From IMG/VR virus record IMGVR_UViG_3300037042_003932, positions 1-64,000 of that record: a stretch of 64,000 nucleotides of DNA; one strand, written 5' to 3'. The notes beneath the pieces were generated by a model. It saw only the letters and a program-made list of their open reading frames with translations, had not been told where the DNA came from and made no database searches. The position numbers and the translations under genes were made by a program. Shown here piece by piece: positions 47,193 through 57,153 of the stretch (position 1 is its first letter; each line of letters starts with the position of its first letter). The stretch comes from a virus.

Positions 47193-50148
47193 AGAGATCA
47201 CTCTCGATTGTCAGCTTTGTACTCGGGGTTGGGATGGTCCAAAGTGCCTAGCGTGTGACCATTATGGGTCACAACACTTCCTTCCGGACAGAGGTCCAAA
47301 GGTAACTGACTGCTTCTTCGTCAGCGACTCGCCTGAGCTAGGTCCTTCCACGAACGTGCATTCGCACGAACCCTGGAAGTCTGGCTTAGAGCGAGACGCT
47401 CGAGCTATGGTAGAGACCTTCCGGAACAACAACCCTAGCTACCAAAACGTAGAAGCGTATTTCACGTACGCGGTTCATTGTGTTGTTCCAAAACCCTCGA
47501 TCAAAACTATTCGGTGCTGCAGCGAAATCTTGAAGAACAAGTTGGTCAGCAACAGTGACCCTGAGAAGCCCATTATGGTTTTCGCGTTTGGTCCCCTCGT
47601 GCTGAAAGCTCTCGGGTTCAATATCAAGAAACACTCTGACGTTGTAGGCCAGCTTCTAGAGACAACGATTGGTGGTCGTCATGCTTACATATTCGCCTCG
47701 ATTTCTCTCGCTCAAATGGTGGTTAAGTCTGGCTACATAGAGCTGGTCAACCGCCATATCCAATCGTTCATGGGTAGCGTCCTTATCTCTAACGTGAAGA
47801 AGACGTTAAAGACTAAGGCCAACGTTGCTCTCATCGCTAAGAACTACGTATTCCCAAAGACGCTGGAAGAAGTAACGAAGCTGGTCGACCGTATCATCGC
47901 GTATGCCCCAGAGGGTTCAACCCCTGACACCCACCTGATCGCAATCGACACTGAGACTAATACGCTCATGCCCCACAGGGAAAAGCTGAAGTTGCTCACG
48001 CTCACTGTGGCGTGGGACACGGGAAGAGCTGCTTCGATTCCGGTGGAGCACAAAGAGTCGAAGTGGACTTTGGAAGATGTCAGACCTGACTTGATGCGCT
48101 TGCTCACATGCAACAAGCCAAAAGCGGGACACAACATCAAGTACGACATCAAAGTGTTACGTCGTAAAAAGTTCAAGATTAACCGGATTGCTTGGGACAC
48201 CATGGTGGGCGAACACCTTCTCGCGGAAGATAAGAAGGGGTTCTATGGATTGAAGGAACTCGTAAAGCAGTACATACCAAGTTACGCAAACTACGAGTCG
48301 GGAGTCAAAACTCACGCCAACACGGCGGTTCTAGAAAAGAAGAAGGAGTTGAAAGCACTCGGGAAGAAACTCAGCAAAGCTGAAGAGTCTCTTCTCAAGG
48401 ACGACGGGTATGCCGATGTTCCTCTGGACGAGTTAAGTATCTACGGTGCTATCGATGCTGACGCCACATTCCAAATTGCCATAGCGCAACGTAGGAATAT
48501 GGGCATTGAGACACAGAAGTTCCACGAGGAAAGGCAGAAATATCAGAAGTTCGAACGAGCTTCGTTCCGACAAGTAGGAGAAATCCTATGCCCCGTTAAA
48601 GAGCCGCTTAACCGGATTATGGCGTCGAGGACTATGCCAACCTTAGGAGTTCTTGCGCGTATGGAAGATCGGGGTGTCCCCATAGATCGGAAATACGCAG
48701 AAGAACTCGCTATCAAAATGGAGCAGTCTTCCAGAGAAGCCATCATCAAGCTCAACCACATGCTCCCGGTTGGGTACAATGAAAAACTCAATCCTGCGAG
48801 CTCTGGGCAGATTCGTTCCATCCTCTACAACGTAGGGTTCGTACACCCCGAGACCAAAGAGCACGTCTGCTACCTTGGGAAAGTCGAACCTCCCCGAACA
48901 GACTCAGGGATGATTTCGACGAACGCGCAGTTCTTGCGACTGCTCGTCACAAAGTACGACTGCCCGTTCTCCCGAGACCTCTTGGAGTTTCGGGCGATGC
49001 AGAAGGCACGCAACACGTTCATCGAGAACATCATGGTTCTCACACGTGAAGATGACCGGATGCATACTACGTATCACCAGCACGGCACGTCTAGCGGGCG
49101 TTTGTCAAGTTCGCACGAAAACATGCAGAACATCCCCAAGAAACTTGGGGGTCACAACATCAAACGAATCTTCATTCCGTCGAGACCTGGGTTTGCCTTC
49201 GGTAACGCCGACGCTAAAGCAGCAGAAGTCAGAATCTATTCGGCGTACAGCAAAGACAAGAATCTCATTAAGGCTCTCAATGACGGCATGGACCCCCACA
49301 GCTTCTTCGCGTCCATGGTTTACAATCCCACCAACGTGTTAAGCGGTGTTGATCGTTCTCGGTGGAAAGAGGTAGCGGAGACTGTAGGTATCGACATAGC
49401 CCATGCATGGTCTTACGAGGACTTCTGTAACAGAGATATCCTAAAAGAAACGGAGGCAGCATACAGTAAACAGTTGGACCGCTTGCGCGGTATCATCAAG
49501 CGAGTCGTGTTCGGGATACTCTACGGAGCTACCCCAAATAAGGTCTCTTCGATTGTTGGCATCCCAGAGGAACAAGCATCGGTCATCGTGGACACGCTGT
49601 TCAAGATGTTCCCAACAATCCCCGAGTACATTCAGCTCACAAAAGACCAGATCAAACACCTGGGTTTTGTGGAGACATTCTTCGGAAGACGCCGACGATT
49701 CGGGTCTCTGACCAAGCTCCCGTGGAGCTTGAGGTCAAAAGCTGAACGTCAAAGTGTCAACTTCAAGATCCAGAGCACGAGCTCTGAAATCGTCCTCGAG
49801 GTCCTGTGCGACATGGAAGAACCCTTACGCGTTGACATGCAAGGGGAGCTTCTCCTAACCGTGCATGACTCTGTTGGGTTCGAGTGCCCCAATAAATACG
49901 TCCATCAGCTCCCTGAGTTCATCAAGGAGTATGGGATGCGTAGAGTCAACAACAGGTACCCCTGGCTACCAGTACCGTTCTCTTGGGATGTAGAAGCTGG
50001 CCCGTCGTACGGGGAGCTCACGAGCGTCGACAACTACATCAAGAAGATGGAGAACATCGACCACATCATCCCTGAGAACCCCGCCGACCGTTACGAGTTC
50101 ATCGAGCAGGAAATACGCGCAGACCTCGAAGAGCTAGTTGCCAGTTAG
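47074..50148 (+). CDS. polA: Family A DNA polymerase with N-terminal uracil-DNA-glycosylase-like domain
   Basis: Exonuclease motifs IDTET, HNIKYD, YGAIDAD; polymerase motifs SGRLSS..NMQNIP, DAKAAEVR, KRVVFGILYG, VHDS; N-terminal Cys-rich family-4 UDG-like pattern. Confidence 0.9.
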   Translation: MTDQQTQDPPPNPPPDPSPKKTRKKSSKRSATDQEKLTSKEITLDCQLCTRGWDGPKCLACDHYGSQHFLPDRGPKVTDCFFVSDSPELGPSTNVHSHEPWKSGLERDARAMVETFRNNNPSYQNVEAYFTYAVHCVVPKPSIKTIRCCSEILKNKLVSNSDPEKPIMVFAFGPLVLKALGFNIKKHSDVVGQLLETTIGGRHAYIFASISLAQMVVKSGYIELVNRHIQSFMGSVLISNVKKTLKTKANVALIAKNYVFPKTLEEVTKLVDRIIAYAPEGSTPDTHLIAIDTETNTLMPHREKLKLLTLTVAWDTGRAASIPVEHKESKWTLEDVRPDLMRLLTCNKPKAGHNIKYDIKVLRRKKFKINRIAWDTMVGEHLLAEDKKGFYGLKELVKQYIPSYANYESGVKTHANTAVLEKKKELKALGKKLSKAEESLLKDDGYADVPLDELSIYGAIDADATFQIAIAQRRNMGIETQKFHEERQKYQKFERASFRQVGEILCPVKEPLNRIMASRTMPTLGVLARMEDRGVPIDRKYAEELAIKMEQSSREAIIKLNHMLPVGYNEKLNPASSGQIRSILYNVGFVHPETKEHVCYLGKVEPPRTDSGMISTNAQFLRLLVTKYDCPFSRDLLEFRAMQKARNTFIENIMVLTREDDRMHTTYHQHGTSSGRLSSSHENMQNIPKKLGGHNIKRIFIPSRPGFAFGNADAKAAEVRIYSAYSKDKNLIKALNDGMDPHSFFASMVYNPTNVLSGVDRSRWKEVAETVGIDIAHAWSYEDFCNRDILKETEAAYSKQLDRLRGIIKRVVFGILYGATPNKVSSIVGIPEEQASVIVDTLFKMFPTIPEYIQLTKDQIKHLGFVETFFGRRRRFGSLTKLPWSLRSKAERQSVNFKIQSTSSEIVLEVLCDMEEPLRVDMQGELLLTVHDSVGFECPNKYVHQLPEFIKEYGMRRVNNRYPWLPVPFSWDVEAGPSYGELTSVDNYIKKMENIDHIIPENPADRYEFIEQEIRADLEELVAS

Positions 50149-51797
50149 GCAGTTTTCTTCTCATCGTCATTTGTGTAGTAGAACTGCAGGTCATTCACAA
50201 CTACTTTAAAAGCCAACCACCCAAACACCGCAGCATGAAGACAGTCATCCGAGAGGGACATCGCATGAGTCCAGACCTTACGCCCAGCGGCTGTAATGTC
50301 TTCGTACTCGTTCATCATATCCTCGATGGCTGTCTTCATCTGCGGCAACGGCCCTAGCTCCACTTCTTTTCGTTTCAAAAGGAGAAAGAAGTTGTCCACA
50401 ATCGTGGTTTTGTCCACGGTGTACCTGTCGAGCTGGTTCCAAACAACCGCCTTCGTCTGGCTCGTGTACTGAGCTTGCGTTACCTTATGAACCCCAAGGC
50501 GTTTACGGAGTAAGTCATTCGGCGCATGTCCTTCACCCGCGTCACCTACGACCAACCCCACCTTATGCGACATGCACACGTTGGCAATCTCTTCGATATT
50601 ATTTACGGGGTTAATTCCAGGATAGACTTTGTAGAAGAGACAAACCAACTTTTTGTCCTTGGGTCTGTATCCCCAGATCCAAAGAGCGGTTCGTGACACG
50701 CCAGTCGTACCGCCACCAGTCCAGTCCACGCCAGCAACGATGGTTGAGATTTCGGAGTGTTGTTTGGTATCAGGGTATTGTTGGAGCGCCTTCCCCACGC
50801 ACAAGCATTCGATCTCTTCTTTTGAAATCATACGAGAGCCAATGTCGTCCGAGACACCTAAGACTTCATTGTTAAACTTCGATTCATTCAGCTCGTCGTT
50901 CTTTACTAGGATTCTGTTCCACGCATTTTGCGCATAAGGAACAAGTTCTGGGCAAGCCATAGCCATTGCGTGAGGATTGTACTCAGGCATGATGAGCTGA
51001 CTGATATGGAACCCCTTGACACGGAATGCAGGGTCAATGTCGGAGTTCTTAAACGAATTCAGGTCGATCCATTGACCCTTGAAGGGGTTCAGATACGAAC
51101 CACACTTCAGGCAAATGATCCCTTCCTTACCTAGGGACCGTGTAGAGTCGATGTACTGGTGCGTGTAACAGCTGTCGCACTTGATCACCCACTCCGTCTG
51201 GCTGCTGTTATCCCACAAGAACTGGATGGTGTTCTCCATGGTCTTGGGGGTACCCGCGTAGGTCTCAAAGGCATACTTCGAGTGCGACAAGCATTCGTTT
51301 CCGACGATGATGACAGGGTCGTACAAGATATCCTGGACTTCGTCGTACATATTTCGGTCGGTAGAAGGGCCACGAAGACGGTCGGCGTCGTCCAGAGCGT
51401 AGGTGAACAACATCTCCGATCCGTTTTTGTACTGTTTGTGGAACACACGATCAGCTAAACCAGTATGGAGGAACGTCCGACTGATGTGAGGTGAGTACCT
51501 CATCGTTTTCGACACACGTGAATTGGAGAAACGGACCGTCTGCTCCTTCGTGGGGCTCACAAACATCACGGAGAAATGTGGTATAACACTACACTCAACG
51601 ATAGCGAAATTGGCTAAGGTAGTGGACTTAGCAACCTGTCGTCCTGTTTTGAAAAGGGTTCGCCGTGACCGGCAATCGTAGAAGGCCCTATGCATAGGCC
51701 AATTGGAAAGATCGAACTTCTTTCCGTTGAGCTTAATCCATGATTCGGCAACTTCACTTAAGGTTGCCTCTACTTTAGCAGACATACTGCTAAACAT
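50145..51797 (-). CDS. terL: Terminase large subunit
   Basis: GRQVAKST Walker A, MYDE Walker B, GTP motif, CxxC..CxxC, nuclease GVDW..DDCLHA; exact start uncertain (51821, 51797 or 51785). Confidence 0.85.
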   Translation of the reverse strand: MFSSMSAKVEATLSEVAESWIKLNGKKFDLSNWPMHRAFYDCRSRRTLFKTGRQVAKSTTLANFAIVECSVIPHFSVMFVSPTKEQTVRFSNSRVSKTMRYSPHISRTFLHTGLADRVFHKQYKNGSEMLFTYALDDADRLRGPSTDRNMYDEVQDILYDPVIIVGNECLSHSKYAFETYAGTPKTMENTIQFLWDNSSQTEWVIKCDSCYTHQYIDSTRSLGKEGIICLKCGSYLNPFKGQWIDLNSFKNSDIDPAFRVKGFHISQLIMPEYNPHAMAMACPELVPYAQNAWNRILVKNDELNESKFNNEVLGVSDDIGSRMISKEEIECLCVGKALQQYPDTKQHSEISTIVAGVDWTGGGTTGVSRTALWIWGYRPKDKKLVCLFYKVYPGINPVNNIEEIANVCMSHKVGLVVGDAGEGHAPNDLLRKRLGVHKVTQAQYTSQTKAVVWNQLDRYTVDKTTIVDNFFLLLKRKEVELGPLPQMKTAIEDMMNEYEDITAAGRKVWTHAMSLSDDCLHAAVFGWLAFKVVVNDLQFYYTNDDEKKTA

Positions 51798-51802
51798 AGG
51801 AA

Positions 51803-53050
51803 ATGAGTACGGAAATGTCAAACAAGAAAGAAGTTATCCATTACGCAGACCAGTATGATATCCCGCGTGTGAGCCCCCAAGAAGCGATTGACCAGATCAA
51901 ACTCTCTATTGCAAACAGTCAGTTTCGTGGAGTGTTCAACCTCGTTGGACAGTCTGGCATCGGCAAAACCCACATTATTCGTCAAATAGCCCAAGACATG
52001 AACCTGTCAAGAGTAGCGGACGTACGTACAGCCCATTTCTCTATCCTGGGTGGCGGTGTTCCGAAACTCCAAGGAGACAACGACAGGTTCTTCAGCATCC
52101 TGCTCCCGCCCCAATTCCCCGATACAGACGAGTCGGCTTTGATCTTCTTCGACGAAATCAACCAGGGGATGCAACATGCCATCAGCATGTTCTTCTCTTT
52201 GATCGAAGATCGGAGCCTGTACGACTACGAGCTCGGGGACAAAGTGACAATCGTCGCAGCAATGAATCCCAACACAGCGAATTACGTCGTACAGAATATC
52301 GAGTCGAACGCGGCTCTGCGCCGACGTTTGAAGTTTCTGTACGTGGTATCCAACGCCAAAGATTTCCTGGCCCACGCCTCTACTTCGAGGTTCCACTTCA
52401 CCGACACAGCATGTCGTGCGATTGGCTCGTCATCGAAACCCTGCCACCCCGCAGTCCTGGAGTTCCTGAAGGGGTCTCCAAGCCTAGTCGAAGATTCCAA
52501 GGCGCGAGAGCAGAACAAGCAGTACGCGTGCCCTGCGTCGTGGCAGACGGTGAGCCTCGACGCCTACGTCATGGACTACAGTCAAATTCCACTGGATAGT
52601 GACGTGGCGCGGGTTCGGTTCGGGTCATCCATCGGCATGACCATGGCCCAGCAGCTTGTCGGGTTTTTCCACGACAGATCAGCAACCCTGAGTGCAGAGG
52701 ACGTCATCCTGCACTTCCCCAGTGTCCAAAGTAAACTAGAGAAACTTGTCGAGAATGGTGCCCTGGAGAAACTCGTCAGCCTCACAGGCGACGTCTTGGA
52801 GTACATCTTCATTAGTGAACCAAAAGAAGTGAGTCGCGTAGCCAAGAATCTCATCCGGTATCTTATGGTCGTCCCCAATGACGCCAGTATCTCAGCCATG
52901 CAACAAATACCAATAATCGCACAGCAAAACAAAGCAGGGGTATACCTAACGCAGCTCATGAAGGAGTTACGAAATCACCAAGAGTTCGTGACGTTGAACC
53001 AACGTCTCGAAACAGCACACGCATCCATTGACTCAAAACTCAGGGCTTAA
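51803..53050 (+). CDS. MoxR/AAA_5-like ATPase
   Basis: GQSGIGKT, FFDEIN, AAMNP, ALRRR. Confidence 0.85.
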   Translation: MSTEMSNKKEVIHYADQYDIPRVSPQEAIDQIKLSIANSQFRGVFNLVGQSGIGKTHIIRQIAQDMNLSRVADVRTAHFSILGGGVPKLQGDNDRFFSILLPPQFPDTDESALIFFDEINQGMQHAISMFFSLIEDRSLYDYELGDKVTIVAAMNPNTANYVVQNIESNAALRRRLKFLYVVSNAKDFLAHASTSRFHFTDTACRAIGSSSKPCHPAVLEFLKGSPSLVEDSKAREQNKQYACPASWQTVSLDAYVMDYSQIPLDSDVARVRFGSSIGMTMAQQLVGFFHDRSATLSAEDVILHFPSVQSKLEKLVENGALEKLVSLTGDVLEYIFISEPKEVSRVAKNLIRYLMVVPNDASISAMQQIPIIAQQNKAGVYLTQLMKELRNHQEFVTLNQRLETAHASIDSKLRA

Positions 53051-53744
53051 GACCTAGACGAGCTAACTCCGCATGGAGATGGCTCTTGTGTTCTGCAACG
53101 TAGAGGTAACAAGCAGCAAGACGGGCTAGTTGCACACCGACCGCATTCTCTGCGAACTCGGTGTGCGCTAGTCTGTTCTTGGGAGTATGACTCCAAGCTT
53201 GCTTTACCTCTTTTTTTAGTCCAGTGACGTATTCTTCCGAAGTGAGTTGTTTCTCCAAACAGTCTTCCGCAAACAGAAGTTCACTTGGCGGAAGCACAAA
53301 GCCTTCGCGACGGAGACAAACAGCCACGTAAAGCTGCACGTCACCATCAAAATCTGGGATGGTATCTTTGTCAGGGTCAAACTGGCGAATGACAGCGGCT
53401 TCGCAAATAGCCCAAGCCATATGCGCGGAGTGATTCTCCTGCAGCGTACCAACGCTGAAAGGTTGACCGTTCAACGCCTGCACCGTGTGCTGGAATGAGA
53501 TGTTGTCCCAGTAGAAAGACGGGTGTTCCGTGAGCGCAATAGCCGCCTGGATCTTGTCGCGGTCCACTTCACTCAAAGGGTAGCTGTCTCGCTCTAGGGT
53601 TAACCATAGAGCTTCAGGTTCCCACTTGAGGACTTCGTCCCCGTACAAAGAACGCAGCGACAGTAAGAGAGCAATAGCCGAGCTAGAAGACGCGGCTTTA
53701 AGCGTAGCTTTTGCTTCAGGTTCTAGTGCCTTGTTTTTCATCAA
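53040..53744 (-). CDS. Hypothetical protein
   Basis: 234 aa, coupled to 53741..54745. Confidence 0.65.
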   Translation of the reverse strand: MMKNKALEPEAKATLKAASSSSAIALLLSLRSLYGDEVLKWEPEALWLTLERDSYPLSEVDRDKIQAAIALTEHPSFYWDNISFQHTVQALNGQPFSVGTLQENHSAHMAWAICEAAVIRQFDPDKDTIPDFDGDVQLYVAVCLRREGFVLPPSELLFAEDCLEKQLTSEEYVTGLKKEVKQAWSHTPKNRLAHTEFAENAVGVQLARLAACYLYVAEHKSHLHAELARLGLKP

Positions 53745-54745
53745 TGCGAGTATGCCACAAGATTCGTAGCGAGGGAAGACTTGAGGTCATTCGGCAGAGT
53801 CTCAATAATCTGCTCAAGAGCAGTAGGGTCAACTTGGCCACCGGGGGCTATCTCAGACGCGAAGTCAGGGCCAATCGCGTCAGACCAAAAAGTGACAGGC
53901 AGAGACGACAACACGTTCTTGTCAAACATCTTTCCAGCGATGTTGATGCTCTGTGCCGCCAGCTTATCCGTGTTCCAAACAGTCTGGATAGGATCAAGAA
54001 TCTTCTTACCGTACAGATTCACAATGCCTGCCTGCTTGTCCAGATCATGGAGCGCTGCGGCCAACTTTACCTGGTAACCTTTGTCCGCAATATAGTCAGG
54101 AGTGTTGGTAAAAGCTTGTGCCAACTTCTCGTACGAAGCCGCGACAGGCGAATTCACCTTCAGGGCTGCTTCCTTGCGAGCGCCGAGCCAGTCACAAAGA
54201 AGCTTGGTGCTTGTGAGCGTAATGCCTGCGAACTTCTTGGTAGAAGGAGCCAACGGAACTTCGTAACGCTCAGCTACCTTAACCAGGTTGAGCATGATTT
54301 CAGAGCGTTCGGTCGGAGAAAACTCCGCGTACCGTTGTCCCACAATCTGCTCGGCAAGTTTGACGTCACCAGCGGAAGCAACGCGAAAACGGCGTTGGCT
54401 ATCCAACAGCCAGTACTCCTCACCTGCTTCTTTTTCCAACAAGCTCTCGGAGTTGAACGATGCGGTGTCTACCCCGTAGACCTCGGCAGCGCGATCCAAA
54501 TTTAACCTCACGTCCAACGGAAGGACAGAGGCAGTCTTGCTGTAAGCAAGAGAAAGAACAGCATGCTCCCGATTATGTAGGGGGAACATCCGGCGCTCTG
54601 GCCATGCAAAAGCTGACATCGGCAGGTTCGAGAACTCCTCCGAGTCGAGCTCAGCAGTCTTCGCCATCTCTTTGATGGCTGGGAACTTCTCGGAAAGGAC
54701 TCGCAGCATTGCGAAACCGGCATCAGTGGTTTGGTCGATGATCAT
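53741..54745 (-). CDS. K-x-A-rich putative head protein
   Basis: About 11 K-x-A motifs; LPMSAFAWPERRMFPLH motif. Confidence 0.6.
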   Translation of the reverse strand: MIIDQTTDAGFAMLRVLSEKFPAIKEMAKTAELDSEEFSNLPMSAFAWPERRMFPLHNREHAVLSLAYSKTASVLPLDVRLNLDRAAEVYGVDTASFNSESLLEKEAGEEYWLLDSQRRFRVASAGDVKLAEQIVGQRYAEFSPTERSEIMLNLVKVAERYEVPLAPSTKKFAGITLTSTKLLCDWLGARKEAALKVNSPVAASYEKLAQAFTNTPDYIADKGYQVKLAAALHDLDKQAGIVNLYGKKILDPIQTVWNTDKLAAQSINIAGKMFDKNVLSSLPVTFWSDAIGPDFASEIAPGGQVDPTALEQIIETLPNDLKSSLATNLVAYSH

Positions 54746-54826
54746 TCCATTTCCTGCCTGTAAATAGTCGAACTAGTTCTAGCGACACTACTAATTGTAC
54801 GCCAAACAACCCAAAGGAGTAACTCT

Positions 54827-56464
54827 ATGGGCGAATCGAAGGACAATGCTCTCACAAACGCGCTGCAGTGGCTCTGTTCCCCTCGGGGTGGGAACAACTT
54901 CTACGGACGCATCCTTAATGGATGCCGACGTATCAGTACTCCCGGCAAAGGAACCGCTTGCGTCTCGGTAAACCTGTCCACAGGTAGGTACTCTTTCGAG
55001 TATGACCTCGAGTGGTTCGAAAAACTTAACGTCAAAGAACAGCTGTTCGTGGTCATGCATGAGGCGTGTCACATTGTGCTCCAACACATTCCTCGGGCTC
55101 TCTGGATGTACAACAATTTGCCTTCGGGTTCTGACCTGAAATTAAACCACAAGCTCAGCAACTGCGCTATGGATTTTGCAGTTAATAGCAATTTCCTCAG
55201 AAAAGAACTGGATGAATTTGGGGATAAGTGTCCCTTCCTGAATCCAGCAATGTTCGAATTGCCGCATAAGCTCATGTTCGAAGAGTACCTAGACTTGCTT
55301 ATTCAAAAAGCCAAAAAGGTTCCTATGTTCGTTATGTCGCTAGGTGACGGTGGAAGTCAACCAAGTGACCAAAACAACCACAAAGAGGACAGCGACGAAG
55401 AGAACAGCAATTCCCCTGGTGATGAAAAGAATGAAGACCAAGACGACAGCGAGTCAGACGAAGGTGACAGTAGCACGAGCGAAGACTCTGACGATACCGA
55501 GGATGATTCCGAAAATGAAAATGGCGGAGGTGGGGGCGCGGGTGATCCAGGAGAGGAAGAGGAAACTAACGGAAGTAGTCAAGGAGATGGTCTTGGCGAT
55601 TTACACCCCGAGTTCCCTCGACACACATTCGACCCGAGCGAAACGAGTCTGACCCGCACTGATGCTGAGATGGAAAGACTCATAAGCGAGCTGACCAAAG
55701 AAACTAAAGAGATGGTCAGGCACGCATACGAGCAAACTATCCGACGCAGGGGAACTATCCCGGTAGAAATCAGAAGTGAAGTAGAAGCACTTTTGAAAGA
55801 ACCAGAAGTTCCGTGGGACCAAATTCTCAGAAACATGATGCGGTCTAGCATCATAGCCAAGATGTACGAGAGTGCTGTTATTCCTAATTACAGCCTTCTG
55901 CCTGTAATGGGTATGGGTATCATTCCGTATCCGGGTCTTCAGTGTGACACTGCAATCAACGTGTCTATTCTCATCGACACCTCAGGCTCTATCAGTGACT
56001 CAGACTTTATAAAGTTCGTGACTGAGCTCAACGGAGTTCTACAGTGCACCCATGGGATAAACATGCACGTCGTCATGTTCGACGCGTATATCCAGTACGA
56101 ACACTACCTGAGCGAGCTGGAGGCCGATGAGCTACGAACCGAGATGAAAGCAGGTAAGGCGTCATACGACAGGCACGGACGCGGAGGAACAGACTTTAAC
56201 CCGCCGTTCCAGTGTGTTAGTGGCGTCGATAGAGACACAATCCCCCGGATAGACAACTGCGCGGGTAACTGGGAGGAACACCGATTCAAGAAACCAGACT
56301 TGGTCGTGTTCCTGACAGACGGTTGCGCCCCTGTAGACGAGGAGTCCGGAGGACCAATCCCCGTGTACCAACCAGACTGCCCAGTAATCTGGGTCATCTG
56401 TGGCGGCAGTAGAGCCGAGGTACACCCAGCCATGGGACAACGTGTCGTTGTCCTCTCGGAGTAA
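54827..56464 (+). CDS. HExxH metallopeptidase-like + VWA domain protein (MoxR partner)
   Basis: HEACH, acidic linker, DTSGS MIDAS, GGTDF, FLTDG. Confidence 0.85.
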   Translation: MGESKDNALTNALQWLCSPRGGNNFYGRILNGCRRISTPGKGTACVSVNLSTGRYSFEYDLEWFEKLNVKEQLFVVMHEACHIVLQHIPRALWMYNNLPSGSDLKLNHKLSNCAMDFAVNSNFLRKELDEFGDKCPFLNPAMFELPHKLMFEEYLDLLIQKAKKVPMFVMSLGDGGSQPSDQNNHKEDSDEENSNSPGDEKNEDQDDSESDEGDSSTSEDSDDTEDDSENENGGGGGAGDPGEEEETNGSSQGDGLGDLHPEFPRHTFDPSETSLTRTDAEMERLISELTKETKEMVRHAYEQTIRRRGTIPVEIRSEVEALLKEPEVPWDQILRNMMRSSIIAKMYESAVIPNYSLLPVMGMGIIPYPGLQCDTAINVSILIDTSGSISDSDFIKFVTELNGVLQCTHGINMHVVMFDAYIQYEHYLSELEADELRTEMKAGKASYDRHGRGGTDFNPPFQCVSGVDRDTIPRIDNCAGNWEEHRFKKPDLVVFLTDGCAPVDEESGGPIPVYQPDCPVIWVICGGSRAEVHPAMGQRVVVLSE

Positions 56465-56466
56465 GC

Positions 56467-57153
56467 ATGACGACATACCCATTTTACTCGGTAAAGGTAC
56501 GACACAGCACCGGTAAGATGCCCAGTACTGACACACGAAAGGCTCGTCACTTCGAGAAGGCTCGAACGAGTTTTTTCCAATACGACAGGTTCTACCTGTT
56601 TCACAACGATGACATTGGCTTCGTGAACAGAATGTTCAACGTGTACATGTTGCATACAATTACCCCAGAAATCCTCGGATACCTGAATGACATGCTAGAC
56701 ATAGAGATGGTCACGTCGTTGGGCCATACGAAACTGACACGAAAAGTGTCTACAAAAATCGAACGAGGACAACAACAAGCAAGTGTCCCATGGCATGTTG
56801 GGAGGTCTAAGATCGAGAACTACATGCTCGTAGTCCCCACGTACACGTTTAACCTGAAGTTCTCAACTAGACAGAAGCATGCGGAACTGCCAGATGGACG
56901 TGCCATCGGGTACGTACGATCAAAAGTTACTGTCGGTTCCGTAATCTTCAAAGACGCACCTTTGCTTGTAATCAACGAGCGGGTCATTCCAAATCCTTGC
57001 ATGTTCTGTGCGCGGTATCTTGACGGGTTCCAAGCGGGAATTTGCAATTTTGGAACCAGGGTTTGTCATAAGACAAACACAATATTTGCACCACTAGAAA
57101 GGAAAACGATCCAAGATGACGATGTTCCTACGGACGGAGTTATTGAAGTATGA
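56467..57153 (+). CDS. Hypothetical protein with C-terminal 4-Cys cluster
   Basis: 228 aa; CMFC..C..C; overlaps RT start. Confidence 0.6.
   Translation: MTTYPFYSVKVRHSTGKMPSTDTRKARHFEKARTSFFQYDRFYLFHNDDIGFVNRMFNVYMLHTITPEILGYLNDMLDIEMVTSLGHTKLTRKVSTKIERGQQQASVPWHVGRSKIENYMLVVPTYTFNLKFSTRQKHAELPDGRAIGYVRSKVTVGSVIFKDAPLLVINERVIPNPCMFCARYLDGFQAGICNFGTRVCHKTNTIFAPLERKTIQDDDVPTDGVIEV

Noticed and set aside
55340-55600. Purine-rich repetitive stretch
   Set aside because: Ordinary acidic linker of VWA-metallopeptidase proteins
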